From IMG/VR virus record IMGVR_UViG_3300010163_000010, positions 1 to 64,000 of that record: DNA of 64,000 nucleotides. The stretch is one strand, 5' to 3'. Position 1 is the first letter of the stretch. Every line of letters begins with the position of its first letter. The notes beneath the pieces were generated by a model, which was given only the letters and a program-made list of their open reading frames with translations, had not been told where the DNA came from and did not search any database. The position numbers and the translations under genes were made by a program. Shown piece after piece: positions 40,777-49,436 of this stretch. The DNA comes from a virus (lineage: Duplodnaviria > Caudoviricetes).

Positions 40777-41340
40777 GTGAACATTTTGCTCATTGTACTT
40801 ACGTCTAATACTGATGAGGTCAAGAACATTCATCAGTATACAGAAAACTTCGTTGTCAATTACCTCAGTTGTGACCTTAGGCCCCCCTGCGCCGGCGAAA
40901 GTTACAATTTCAAGGTGTATCATCAGGATGGCATGTCCGTTGAGGAATACGATGAGTACACAAATGTCTCCGGGTATAACTACAAATTCATTCCGGTTCG
41001 TACGATAGACCAGGCATTGGATGATATCATCGACGGCATTATCGCCGCTGAAGATCGCTTAGACAGCACTAATGATCCTGATAATCCGAAAGAAGATCTT
41101 ATGGTTGTTTGTTGTTTCCCGAGACAATGGAACGCCCAGGCAGTGAAGTATATCAACAATGTCCTTACTCATAAGGCGGAAACTCAGATACTGGACATCT
41201 ATAAGCACTTCAAGATTACCAACGACAGTCAGCTTGAACAGATTGTCAAGAATCGACTGAATACGGAGTTCGTGTATCGTGATGATCCTATCGCCTATGG
41301 ATTTGCATTGTACAAAGCTCTCGGCGGTGATGTAATGTGA
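40777..41340 (+). CDS. hypothetical protein
   Basis: 187 aa with GTG start; translationally coupled to the next gene. Confidence 0.6.
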   Translation: MNILLIVLTSNTDEVKNIHQYTENFVVNYLSCDLRPPCAGESYNFKVYHQDGMSVEEYDEYTNVSGYNYKFIPVRTIDQALDDIIDGIIAAEDRLDSTNDPDNPKEDLMVVCCFPRQWNAQAVKYINNVLTHKAETQILDIYKHFKITNDSQLEQIVKNRLNTEFVYRDDPIAYGFALYKALGGDVM

Positions 41341-42071
41341 GAATACCACATGTGCACCAGCTTGGGCCTGATACTCTTTCTGCGCCTACGTCTGAAATCA
41401 AGGTTGATATCAAACCGGAAGGATACATCGATGATCTCGGACTGTTTGAGGATAAGAAAGAGTACGTCAAGTTCATGATGAGACTCAAACAGATGATTCG
41501 TAACTCGTTTGAGTACACTGAGGCCATCAGCTTTCTCAAGAAGCAGTATGGGATGAACTATTGTGGTATTCATCCGAATCTGAAGATGTGTGATGGATTT
41601 CGAATTGAGCTGCACCACACGCCGCTGGTTTTGGAAGATTACTGCTCGATTATCATAAACAAGCGGATCAAGCGTGGAGAGACGCTGAAGATGTCAGCTA
41701 TCGCCAGTGAGGTAATGGAGGTTCATTATTTGGGTCTTGTTGGGTTGTACCCACTGTGTGAGCTGTGCCATCACTTTGCTCACTCTGCTCCTGGTGATGA
41801 GTTGTTCATTCCTATGGCTAACGTCTATGGGTATCCCGGTGAGTTCATGAACATTTATGGGGACTTTGTTCCGGCTGCCATGAAAACCAAGTGGGAGAAT
41901 GTGCAGGTGTTGAATAAGTCCTACACGATGATCAACAATGAACTTCCTTTAGAATTGCAGAAGCAATACATCTATATTGATGCCACCGAGGACGACGCCA
42001 TTGTTCCTGAGGGTATCAGTACGACAAAACTTGTCAAGTTCATAGATAAGCTGAATAAAAACGAGATATAG
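41337..42071 (+). CDS. HNH-like (His-Me finger) protein
   Basis: YCGI...IELHHTP...LYPLCELCHH pattern. Confidence 0.55.
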   Translation: MRIPHVHQLGPDTLSAPTSEIKVDIKPEGYIDDLGLFEDKKEYVKFMMRLKQMIRNSFEYTEAISFLKKQYGMNYCGIHPNLKMCDGFRIELHHTPLVLEDYCSIIINKRIKRGETLKMSAIASEVMEVHYLGLVGLYPLCELCHHFAHSAPGDELFIPMANVYGYPGEFMNIYGDFVPAAMKTKWENVQVLNKSYTMINNELPLELQKQYIYIDATEDDAIVPEGISTTKLVKFIDKLNKNEI

Positions 42072-42122
42072 AAATTGGACATGCGTGGTTAAGTACCGAG
42101 CCTGTCCAATTTTCTTTTGTCT

Positions 42123-42140
42123 ATATACTATACAAGTGAA
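42123..42140 (+). promoter_or_regulatory. putative early promoter ATATACTATAnnnGTGA
   Basis: Same motif at 42817, 43705, 37958 (+) and ~7488-7503 (-), each upstream of a non-structural gene. Confidence 0.5.
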
Positions 42141-42168
42141 TAATGAACGGAGAGGATTGACGATAGAG

Positions 42169-42807
42169 ATGAGTCATAGGGTTGATTATCTACTGTTCAC
42201 TGACGCCTCGTGCCGGCGTGTTGACGATCGGCACTATTGCGCGTATGGAGACGTGATACTCAATACTGCAAATAACGAGTACACGAGCTTCGGAGGCCCG
42301 CTCGGGAATCAGAGCGTGGCGCACTGTGAAGCCTGGGCCATTTGGTCTGGGCTGCTGAAGACCAAGGAGATTATTGAGAGCCGTCCCGATAACAAACTCT
42401 GCAGAGTGCTGCTCATCAGCGATAGTAAGCTCAACGTTCTCGCGCTGAGCAAGTACTTGAGCAGCTGGGACATCAGTGACTGGAAGCATTGGAAGAAACA
42501 CAACTCCGAGGATCAGGTTAAGAATCAGGATCTGTACAGACGTATACTGGAACTGGTGTTCAATTGCGAACGAATGAAACTGAAGGTAACCCATATCAAT
42601 TCTCACCTTAAAGAAGACGACTGGCAGACGATCCAGGCTAAGTTGAGTAAGTTTGGTGTTACCGCAGATGAGAACACGTCGAAATTGTGTCTCAAGATGA
42701 ACGCGCTGGCTGACAGCATCGCTTCTGACATCAGTTGGGATCTCAGGTCTACAGATGATCCGGAAATGTTTATGCAGCTTGTGCCGCGCAGGCCAAGCAG
42801 TAAATAG
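42169..42807 (+). CDS. rnhA: ribonuclease HI
   Basis: FTDASC, CEAWAI, ISDS, VKNQDL, HINSH and MNALAD give the RNase HI D-E-D-H-D arrangement. Start is 42157 (TTG) or 42169. Confidence 0.88.
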   Translation: MSHRVDYLLFTDASCRRVDDRHYCAYGDVILNTANNEYTSFGGPLGNQSVAHCEAWAIWSGLLKTKEIIESRPDNKLCRVLLISDSKLNVLALSKYLSSWDISDWKHWKKHNSEDQVKNQDLYRRILELVFNCERMKLKVTHINSHLKEDDWQTIQAKLSKFGVTADENTSKLCLKMNALADSIASDISWDLRSTDDPEMFMQLVPRRPSSK

Positions 42808-42851
42808 TTTCTACGCATATACTATATTTGGGTAAAGGAGGTGGAGTAACA

Positions 42852-43688
42852 ATGGGCAGAAGTTGTGCCGATAGACTCCATCAGATTCAGAAGGATATCG
42901 GTTTAACCGATAAAGAACTGAAAGAGGCCGTAAGAGAAGTGGCTCGGCCTCGGGAAGTGCAGCTTCCCACAATTCATGAAAAGCTTCCTAAAGTTGAAAA
43001 GGAGATGAATGAGTACAGGGTCGGCGGTAAACGCCATAAGAAAGCTGTCGCATACTGGTACTTGGAGGAGTATCTGAAGCCTGAGTATGCGCAGGAAATC
43101 TATGTTGAGCACCCGGACTATAAGGAGCTTGTGGAGTACGCCTACGAACAGGCGATGAATCTGGTACAACTTCAGTCCTTTGAGCTCGAGAAAGACATTG
43201 ATCTGTTCAGTGTCTTTCCGGATTACACTCCGGTAGGAAAATATGATATTCCCGAGGAGCAATGGGAGGAGTTTGATCAGTACTGCGAAAAGCATCCCGT
43301 AAAGAACGTATCTGACGTCTTTAAGCGTCGGAAGAAGTTCAAGAAATGGCGTAACAAGAGGAGCAGGAAGTATTGTACTAAAAAGTACATCGAACGGATG
43401 TATGATCCGTTATTTGCTCTTACTGTTACGGATGAAAAGGAGATATTAGCGAACCTGCAACGGATCAGCAGGGAGAATGAGCAGCGAATAATTGAGTTCC
43501 ACAAATTCTTAGACTCGTTGGTAGCAGACCAGTCAATAGGTTCTTCGGCGATGGCCAAGTTCAACGAGCAAACGAAGGTGATACAACAAAAGCATCGACA
43601 ACGTATCCATGATTTTATGAAAGCCCATGGAATGAGTCCAACCCCATTACGGTTAGATTATGATCCAGGGATTGAACCAGGAGGGTGA
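42852..43688 (+). CDS. hypothetical protein
   Basis: ATG at 42852 after an AGGAGGTGGAG RBS; charged helical protein. Confidence 0.65.
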   Translation: MGRSCADRLHQIQKDIGLTDKELKEAVREVARPREVQLPTIHEKLPKVEKEMNEYRVGGKRHKKAVAYWYLEEYLKPEYAQEIYVEHPDYKELVEYAYEQAMNLVQLQSFELEKDIDLFSVFPDYTPVGKYDIPEEQWEEFDQYCEKHPVKNVSDVFKRRKKFKKWRNKRSRKYCTKKYIERMYDPLFALTVTDEKEILANLQRISRENEQRIIEFHKFLDSLVADQSIGSSAMAKFNEQTKVIQQKHRQRIHDFMKAHGMSPTPLRLDYDPGIEPGG

Positions 43689-43739
43689 TAAAGTAGATTC
43701 TGGTATATATTATATATGGGTACAGGAGGTGAGAGATAG

Positions 43740-45584
43740 TTGGGCAACAAGTCTAGTAAGAAAAACGAGAAACTCTCCAAGAAGCACTTGCTCCCGTATG
43801 AGTTGGAACAGTATCGTGTGATCGGGGAGCCTGACATGACCCAGCACTGGCTGGAGATTTTCACTCCGGCTATCGTGAGTGATCTGTTCACAATTATGAA
43901 TAGCAGCAGTAACAATCAGCAGAAAGCCGAGTATATTAAGGAGGAGTTGGGATACTACGGCTTCATGGAAGTGGGATTGGGCACGAATGTGTACGCAATG
44001 CACAATCCCGCGTATCCCGGTGTGGTGTACAAATTTGCGCTGGATGATAATGGCCTTGCCGATAACTTTAACGATTCGATTCTTCAGGATATGATTGACG
44101 AGTGCATTGGCGGCAAGATCCGGCGTTCAACTCCTGTTCTGGCCAGACATCCTTCTGGAATTGTCTCGGTTCAGGAACGGTGGGTTGTGATCCGAGATCA
44201 GGATCGGATGGATACGTTTCGGGCTAGTATCCTGAAAGCACTTGAGAAGTTAGCCCAAAAGTTTCTCATAGTGGATCTGGCACCATCGGAATATCATCTT
44301 AACTATGGCGTAGACCGGCAGGGGAACTGGAGGTTCCTGGACGCGTCTGATTTGTATCCGCTTTCCAATATCAAAGGCGGTATCAAATGCAAGAAGCCGG
44401 TTGGTTGGGACGATGATGCCAACAAGATGATCCGCTGCGGTGGAAGCTTGAGGTATACGCCCGATTTCAGCAGGATTAAGTGCAGTAAGTGCGGCACAGA
44501 ATCTTTCCCGCTGGAAATAAGACCAAACGATAAGGAGGACAAAGCGAAGATGTCTAATGCTATGATGGACGGCTTGTCGATTGAGACGCGGGAGCAGATG
44601 TACCGCGATGAGATCGATGCGATTAGTCGTCGTTACGGCAGGATCCCGAGACCTGGTCCCGTGATTCAGGTTGACGAAGCTCGGAACAAGCCGCCGCAGG
44701 CCAAGTCCAAGGCCAGGTTTGTCCCGATGGATTCTTCGTCCGCCGGGGTCAGGACTCCTAACGGTTCGACTATGATCCTGGTCGATGACGATGACGTTTC
44801 GGTTCAGCGTCAGTCTCCTAAGAGCCCCAGTCCGGAAGCTCTCAAGAACACTCATACGTCGTTTAAGCGAGGGAATAACTGTTCCGTTATCTATTCTTTC
44901 AACGACGACGATGAGCAGCCTGAAGAGGAACCGGCAGATGACCCTCAGGAAGATGCCGCTGATAGTGGTGCTGTCATTATTGATACCACTGAGCCCGAGC
45001 CGGAAAAGGTGGATCCTCAGGATACCAAGAAGTCTTCTTCGAATGAGGATGAGCCTGAGTGTCTTGTCTCTTTGGAGTACGACAACGATGAGCTCTCGGC
45101 GATCAAGCTGAAGATAACCGGTGACATTGAGTCAGCTTTGTACAACGGGCTGGCTCCGATTTGCGTGTCGTTCGGCAAAGGCTCTAGTGTCTACACGGCT
45201 ATCAGCACTAAGGTTCTCATTGATATTCTCACTCCCATTTGCAAGGAACTTCGCGATGAGGAGATTGAGATATTGGGAGGCGCTGAAGATTCTGATGACG
45301 ATGAGACCGACGGCGAGGAAGATGACGACGATAGCGGCCCGTTCTATGAGTCTATGCGGGTTATCCGACAACTCCATGATGCTTTGGAAGATGACGATGC
45401 CGGTGAAGTTGAGCGGCTACTGCCTCGTCTCAGAGATGCGTTTAAGAATGACGATTTGATGTACGAAGGTGAACGTCTCTATGACACGCTTTCGGATCAT
45501 CAGTATCCGTTCTATACGTGGATCGATCGCAGGTACCTCAAATATATGAGGAATTTCGATCCGGATCTGAATATCATCGAGTGA
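43740..45584 (+). CDS. protein-kinase-like protein with Zn finger and acidic C-terminal region
   Basis: GLGTN Gly loop, VVYKFA, D.....H.N and FLDAS motifs, then C...C...CSKC; long D/E-rich tail. Confidence 0.55.
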   Translation: MGNKSSKKNEKLSKKHLLPYELEQYRVIGEPDMTQHWLEIFTPAIVSDLFTIMNSSSNNQQKAEYIKEELGYYGFMEVGLGTNVYAMHNPAYPGVVYKFALDDNGLADNFNDSILQDMIDECIGGKIRRSTPVLARHPSGIVSVQERWVVIRDQDRMDTFRASILKALEKLAQKFLIVDLAPSEYHLNYGVDRQGNWRFLDASDLYPLSNIKGGIKCKKPVGWDDDANKMIRCGGSLRYTPDFSRIKCSKCGTESFPLEIRPNDKEDKAKMSNAMMDGLSIETREQMYRDEIDAISRRYGRIPRPGPVIQVDEARNKPPQAKSKARFVPMDSSSAGVRTPNGSTMILVDDDDVSVQRQSPKSPSPEALKNTHTSFKRGNNCSVIYSFNDDDEQPEEEPADDPQEDAADSGAVIIDTTEPEPEKVDPQDTKKSSSNEDEPECLVSLEYDNDELSAIKLKITGDIESALYNGLAPICVSFGKGSSVYTAISTKVLIDILTPICKELRDEEIEILGGAEDSDDDETDGEEDDDDSGPFYESMRVIRQLHDALEDDDAGEVERLLPRLRDAFKNDDLMYEGERLYDTLSDHQYPFYTWIDRRYLKYMRNFDPDLNIIE

Positions 45585-45703
45585 ACCCGCTGGGATGATC
45601 TATAGTTCCAGTGGTTCATTATAAATTGACTGCTTGTGGAATATCCTTATAAGTCCATAGCAGTCAGTAAGTATCAACCCCGTGTATAAAAGGAGGAACA
45701 TTT

Positions 45704-46798
45704 ATGGCTATGGTAATCATTGGCTCTGAGAGCCTCATTCGTGATGAGGTTTTCACTAACTACCGGCAGGTGGCCGCCTTCAACCTGGGCAAGGGGAAGG
45801 GCTCGGCCGTCAATTCCGTCGGTCGTGAGATCGAGTACGAGAAGCTGGGCTTCCTGCCCAATGAGGACACGATCAACGGCATCAAGTCCGGTGACATCAA
45901 GCTCAAGAAGGTCATCAAGAAGGCCGTCAAGGTCCTGCACAAGCCGTCCATGGACAGCGAGTCCGCGACCCTGGGCTTGGGTGTTACGCAGCTGATCACC
46001 TTGATCACCTCTGACCGTAAGGCCAAGAAGGGGATTCCGGTGGTCGCTTTCATCACTGATCAGGATGACCCCGAGCGGAACAAGATCCTGGTCAAGTTCA
46101 TCAAGGCGATCCTGGGCGAGTTCGGCATCAAGACTTTGGATAAGGCTAAGGTAATTAAGAAGATCTTCAAGAAGCGCAAGAAGGCGCGTGATCGTGTGGC
46201 CAGCTACTGCAGCAAGAACAAGAACGGCTGCAACCTCTCTCAGAAGGGGGTTGAGCTCAAGAAGCTCAACTTTGTCTACTTTGAGATGGAGCTGCGCCAG
46301 AGCGGCATGGTCGACGTGGACCTGGCTGACCTGGCCGATCGGGATGTGGTCAACGCCTGCGTGCGGACGCTGCTGAGGGTGTATACCGCCGAGAACCTGA
46401 AGGATGCTTCCAGCAAGAGCATGGCCAAGAAGCTGGCCAAGAAGGATCGCCGGTCTGTTCGGGCCTACAATGATCTGCGGGAGATTCTCCTGACCGTCAA
46501 CGCCAACCTGAAGCTGCCTAAGGTCAAGTATGGGCAGAAGAAGAAGAACGGCCGCGCGGTGAAGCCCAAGCTGAACTGCAAGAAGTTCAAGAAGTTCTTC
46601 ATGAAGAAGGACAACCGCGCCCTGCTGGTGCTGATCTACTGGCACACCCTGGCCATTCTGGTCGGTGTCGAGGCTGGCTCTAAGGAGTACAACGCCCACA
46701 TGAAGCTGCTGTCCTCTCTGTTCAAGCCGGAGTTCATCAAGCAGTATCTGACGTCGACGGCTGCGTACGTCAAGGGTGAGTCTCTCGCCACGAAGTAA
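45704..46798 (+). CDS. highly basic Lys-rich protein with strong codon bias, possibly nucleic-acid binding
   Basis: 364 aa, very K-rich, nearly all AAG and C/G-ending codons; AAGGAGG RBS; own terminator. Confidence 0.7.
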   Translation: MAMVIIGSESLIRDEVFTNYRQVAAFNLGKGKGSAVNSVGREIEYEKLGFLPNEDTINGIKSGDIKLKKVIKKAVKVLHKPSMDSESATLGLGVTQLITLITSDRKAKKGIPVVAFITDQDDPERNKILVKFIKAILGEFGIKTLDKAKVIKKIFKKRKKARDRVASYCSKNKNGCNLSQKGVELKKLNFVYFEMELRQSGMVDVDLADLADRDVVNACVRTLLRVYTAENLKDASSKSMAKKLAKKDRRSVRAYNDLREILLTVNANLKLPKVKYGQKKKNGRAVKPKLNCKKFKKFFMKKDNRALLVLIYWHTLAILVGVEAGSKEYNAHMKLLSSLFKPEFIKQYLTSTAAYVKGESLATK

Positions 46799-46810
46799 GT
46801 GACCGATGAG

Positions 46811-46845
46811 GTCGGGTCCAGGAGATTCTTGGGCCCGATCTTTTT
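46811..46845 (+). terminator. intrinsic terminator
   Basis: GTCGGGTCCAGGA-GAT-TCTTGGGCCCGAT followed by CTTTTT. Confidence 0.7.
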
Positions 46846-46860
46846 ATCGCTGGAGGTGTT

Positions 46861-47154
46861 TTGATGCCTAAGGTTAAAGCCTTGTATGAGTGCCGGCAGT
46901 GTGGTGCTCATTTTATGTCTGATGAAAAGTATGACGTCAGAAATCTGGAGACTTATAAGGATCTGCAGTTTTTCGATCAGCTCAACGCGTTAGGGGAGCA
47001 AGTGCGGACTGAGACTGCTCCCGTGTCTTGGGCGAAGCATCTGTGGGTGCCGTTGAAGATTGTGCATAAGTGCAATGAGAGTGTTCACGGTGTATGCGAT
47101 CTGATTGGGCTTTTGGAGCTCCCTGATGACTCCGGAGATAACGACAGATCGTGA
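46861..47154 (+). CDS. small Zn-ribbon protein
   Basis: YECRQCG...HKC; GGAGGT RBS. Confidence 0.6.
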   Translation: MMPKVKALYECRQCGAHFMSDEKYDVRNLETYKDLQFFDQLNALGEQVRTETAPVSWAKHLWVPLKIVHKCNESVHGVCDLIGLLELPDDSGDNDRS

Positions 47155-47962
47155 TCGCCAGGGGTTCTATTCCCTGAAGCGTAAGTACAGCGAACTGTAC
47201 AAACGTGTGAACTATATCCAGAGGGACATCGATCTCATCCAAAACAAGATTACCGAGTATGATATCCGCTCGGCCAACACGTCAATTTTGGAACAGAATC
47301 ACAAGCTCAAAAAAGCTACGTTGGAGGCGATCAACAGTCTCCCTGGAAAAGACCGTAAGGTTATTATAGGAAAAATGATCAAGAACGACCCCTCTCTGCA
47401 AAAGGTTATAGTCAGAGGTGTTATACGTGCAAAGAGGGATCTGTTCTCGGCAAATCTCATTCAAGATGCTGATGTATTAAGCATTAAGAATGATGCTGTA
47501 TTCATTATAGGGCGAAAGCTCAGGTATACATCGTTTGGTGCTATAGAGTTTAGGCCGAAACATGTGTATTCGCTCTACATGAACATAGATGGAACAGAGT
47601 TCTACTATGATAAGACTGAGCAAAGAGTCTCTGTTAAAGGTATCCGGGATGAGATAGTCGAACATCCCGATCATCAAGCAGGGATGATGCAGTTCTTTGT
47701 GACTGTAATGAAGCATTTAATGTTGGACCGGCGAGATGCTCTCAGAAAGTATCTGATTGAGTTCTCATCGGCCTATAAGGAAAAGAAACTTCCGCCGTGT
47801 TACTACCGGGAACTCAGCAGTGACAACTTCTATCGAACAAAAATGGCCTTGGGCGACTACACGTTTGCTCTTGATTATGCCAGTGAAGATGAACTTGAAT
47901 TGATTGATGGTGTATATAACTATAAAAGGTTTGTACTCCCGTTAATTCAAAAGTATATCTGA
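47126..47962 (+). CDS. family-B DNA polymerase-like palm fragment
   Basis: EYDIRSANTS (motif A-like), IIGK and SIKNDAVFI (motif C-like), VSVKGI; only ~280 aa. Confidence 0.55.
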   Translation: MTPEITTDRDRQGFYSLKRKYSELYKRVNYIQRDIDLIQNKITEYDIRSANTSILEQNHKLKKATLEAINSLPGKDRKVIIGKMIKNDPSLQKVIVRGVIRAKRDLFSANLIQDADVLSIKNDAVFIIGRKLRYTSFGAIEFRPKHVYSLYMNIDGTEFYYDKTEQRVSVKGIRDEIVEHPDHQAGMMQFFVTVMKHLMLDRRDALRKYLIEFSSAYKEKKLPPCYYRELSSDNFYRTKMALGDYTFALDYASEDELELIDGVYNYKRFVLPLIQKYI

Positions 47963-47976
47963 TCGGAGGAGTTGTC

Positions 47977-48486
47977 ATGATAATGAACATTCCCGTGCTG
48001 ATAACACTGTATGTTTTGGCAGCACTGTTGCTGGCTTTCGCCGGAACGGTAACTGTCTATGCGATTAAATTTCTACGGGCTGCCCGCGAAAATAAGAAGA
48101 AGACTGAGCTTGTTGTCAAGCTTACAGAGGAGAGAGTGCGGAAGGAATATAACCGCATCGCATTGCTTGACTACGACAAGCTCAACCGGGTTCTGTCTGT
48201 GATGTTCTCCCGGTACCTGATTCTCTCCTCTGACGCCAATGTCAGTGAAAAAGATCCTAATGCCTACCAGCAGCTGTATGCGTCAGCGCTGGCGAAAATG
48301 ATTGAATATCTCGGCCCGGAAACTATGAAGGCATTGGACTACCATTATGGTGATAATTATGTGATACGATGGGCCGAGTCCGCGTTCCGATCATTGGAAT
48401 TCGACGGAGTAGTGAGCAACATTGTTCATCTGCAAGGTAAGGTGAGTTGTAAGGATGTTGCGCAACGTTTGGCTACGTGGCAATAG
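47977..48486 (+). CDS. membrane-anchored hypothetical protein
   Basis: N-terminal transmembrane helix; GGAGGAG RBS. Confidence 0.65.
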   Translation: MIMNIPVLITLYVLAALLLAFAGTVTVYAIKFLRAARENKKKTELVVKLTEERVRKEYNRIALLDYDKLNRVLSVMFSRYLILSSDANVSEKDPNAYQQLYASALAKMIEYLGPETMKALDYHYGDNYVIRWAESAFRSLEFDGVVSNIVHLQGKVSCKDVAQRLATWQ

Positions 48487-48490
48487 AATT

Positions 48491-48523
48491 GGTGCTCGGG
48501 GAAACCCGAGCACCGTTCTTTTT
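48491..48523. terminator. intrinsic terminator between convergent genes
   Basis: GGTGCTCGGG-GAAA-CCCGAGCACC followed by GTTCTTTTT. Confidence 0.8.
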
Positions 48524-49159
48524 CTATTTGAAACTGGCAAGTTTATCGGCTACATCAAACAGACCTTGATCCAGAGTTTGACCTTCAGCTCGCCGGCATT
48601 CATTGCAGTACCGGCGAATATATCCACGATGTTCAGGTTCCAATCCATCTTCCCATTTATCTATGAAGCGATCTAACCGGCCAAAGGTTGCCTTAACATC
48701 CAGGAAGATTCCTTTGTTTGACTTTTTGTTGTGAGCTCCTCCCATGTGTATGGGTTTAGAGAGCATAACGATCATGATGTTGTTTTCCTCATGCTCTGTG
48801 AGTACCTGGTCGCCAATGGAGAATGTTGTAACCTTTTCGTTTCCCCTTCTGAGATTAGCCTTGAGCACAATATCGCAGATGTCGAACAGGTTAAAGATAG
48901 GACCATGGTGCATTTCTATTTTGAGCCTGGGTTCATCGGTGGGGAGTCGTCCCATGATAGCACAACGGTTCAATCCGCCTGCTTTCAGTTTAGCTATGTA
49001 GTCGCTATACCTGTCGTCAGACCGTACAACCCATTCGCAGCCTTTGACATATTTTACATACCGGTCATAGTCTTCCAGCAGGTCATCGGGCTCAGCTTCG
49101 AACGATACATAGTTATCAGAGAACTCGCCAGATCCATATATGCGTGTAGCTCCAAACAT
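48524..49159 (-). CDS. HNH-like protein, paralogue of 41337-42071
   Basis: RCAI...IEMHHGP..LFDIC...H..N.I.IV.LSK..H pattern. Confidence 0.55.
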   Translation of the reverse strand: MFGATRIYGSGEFSDNYVSFEAEPDDLLEDYDRYVKYVKGCEWVVRSDDRYSDYIAKLKAGGLNRCAIMGRLPTDEPRLKIEMHHGPIFNLFDICDIVLKANLRRGNEKVTTFSIGDQVLTEHEENNIMIVMLSKPIHMGGAHNKKSNKGIFLDVKATFGRLDRFIDKWEDGLEPEHRGYIRRYCNECRRAEGQTLDQGLFDVADKLASFK

Positions 49160-49381
49160 ATCAGCCTATTCCTTTCATATACAGTGTAACAGATTTATAA
49201 GGATGTCGTACGCGTTTTTAAAGGTAGGCATCCACTCGTGTATATCTGGTTGTAGTATGGACACACCCACATTCGTTTCACTGGACTTTTGCTTGTTCGA
49301 CACACTCCTTTGTTGGTGCCAAATCTTCTGCCGCTGGGAATTCCCAGCGGCAGCTTTTTTAGTTATCAAAGGTAAACCCGG

Positions 49382-49393
49382 AACAACACTATA
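49382..49393 (+). promoter_or_regulatory. putative late promoter AACA-ACAC-TATA
   Basis: Upstream of the structural operon starting at 49437. Confidence 0.6.
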
Positions 49394-49436
49394 GATTCAA
49401 GTAGTCTATATTATTAAGAAAGGAGGGCGTTGTGAC

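Noticed and set aside
45674-46699. 341-aa minus-strand ORF
   Set aside because: Antisense shadow of the codon-biased gene 45704-46798.
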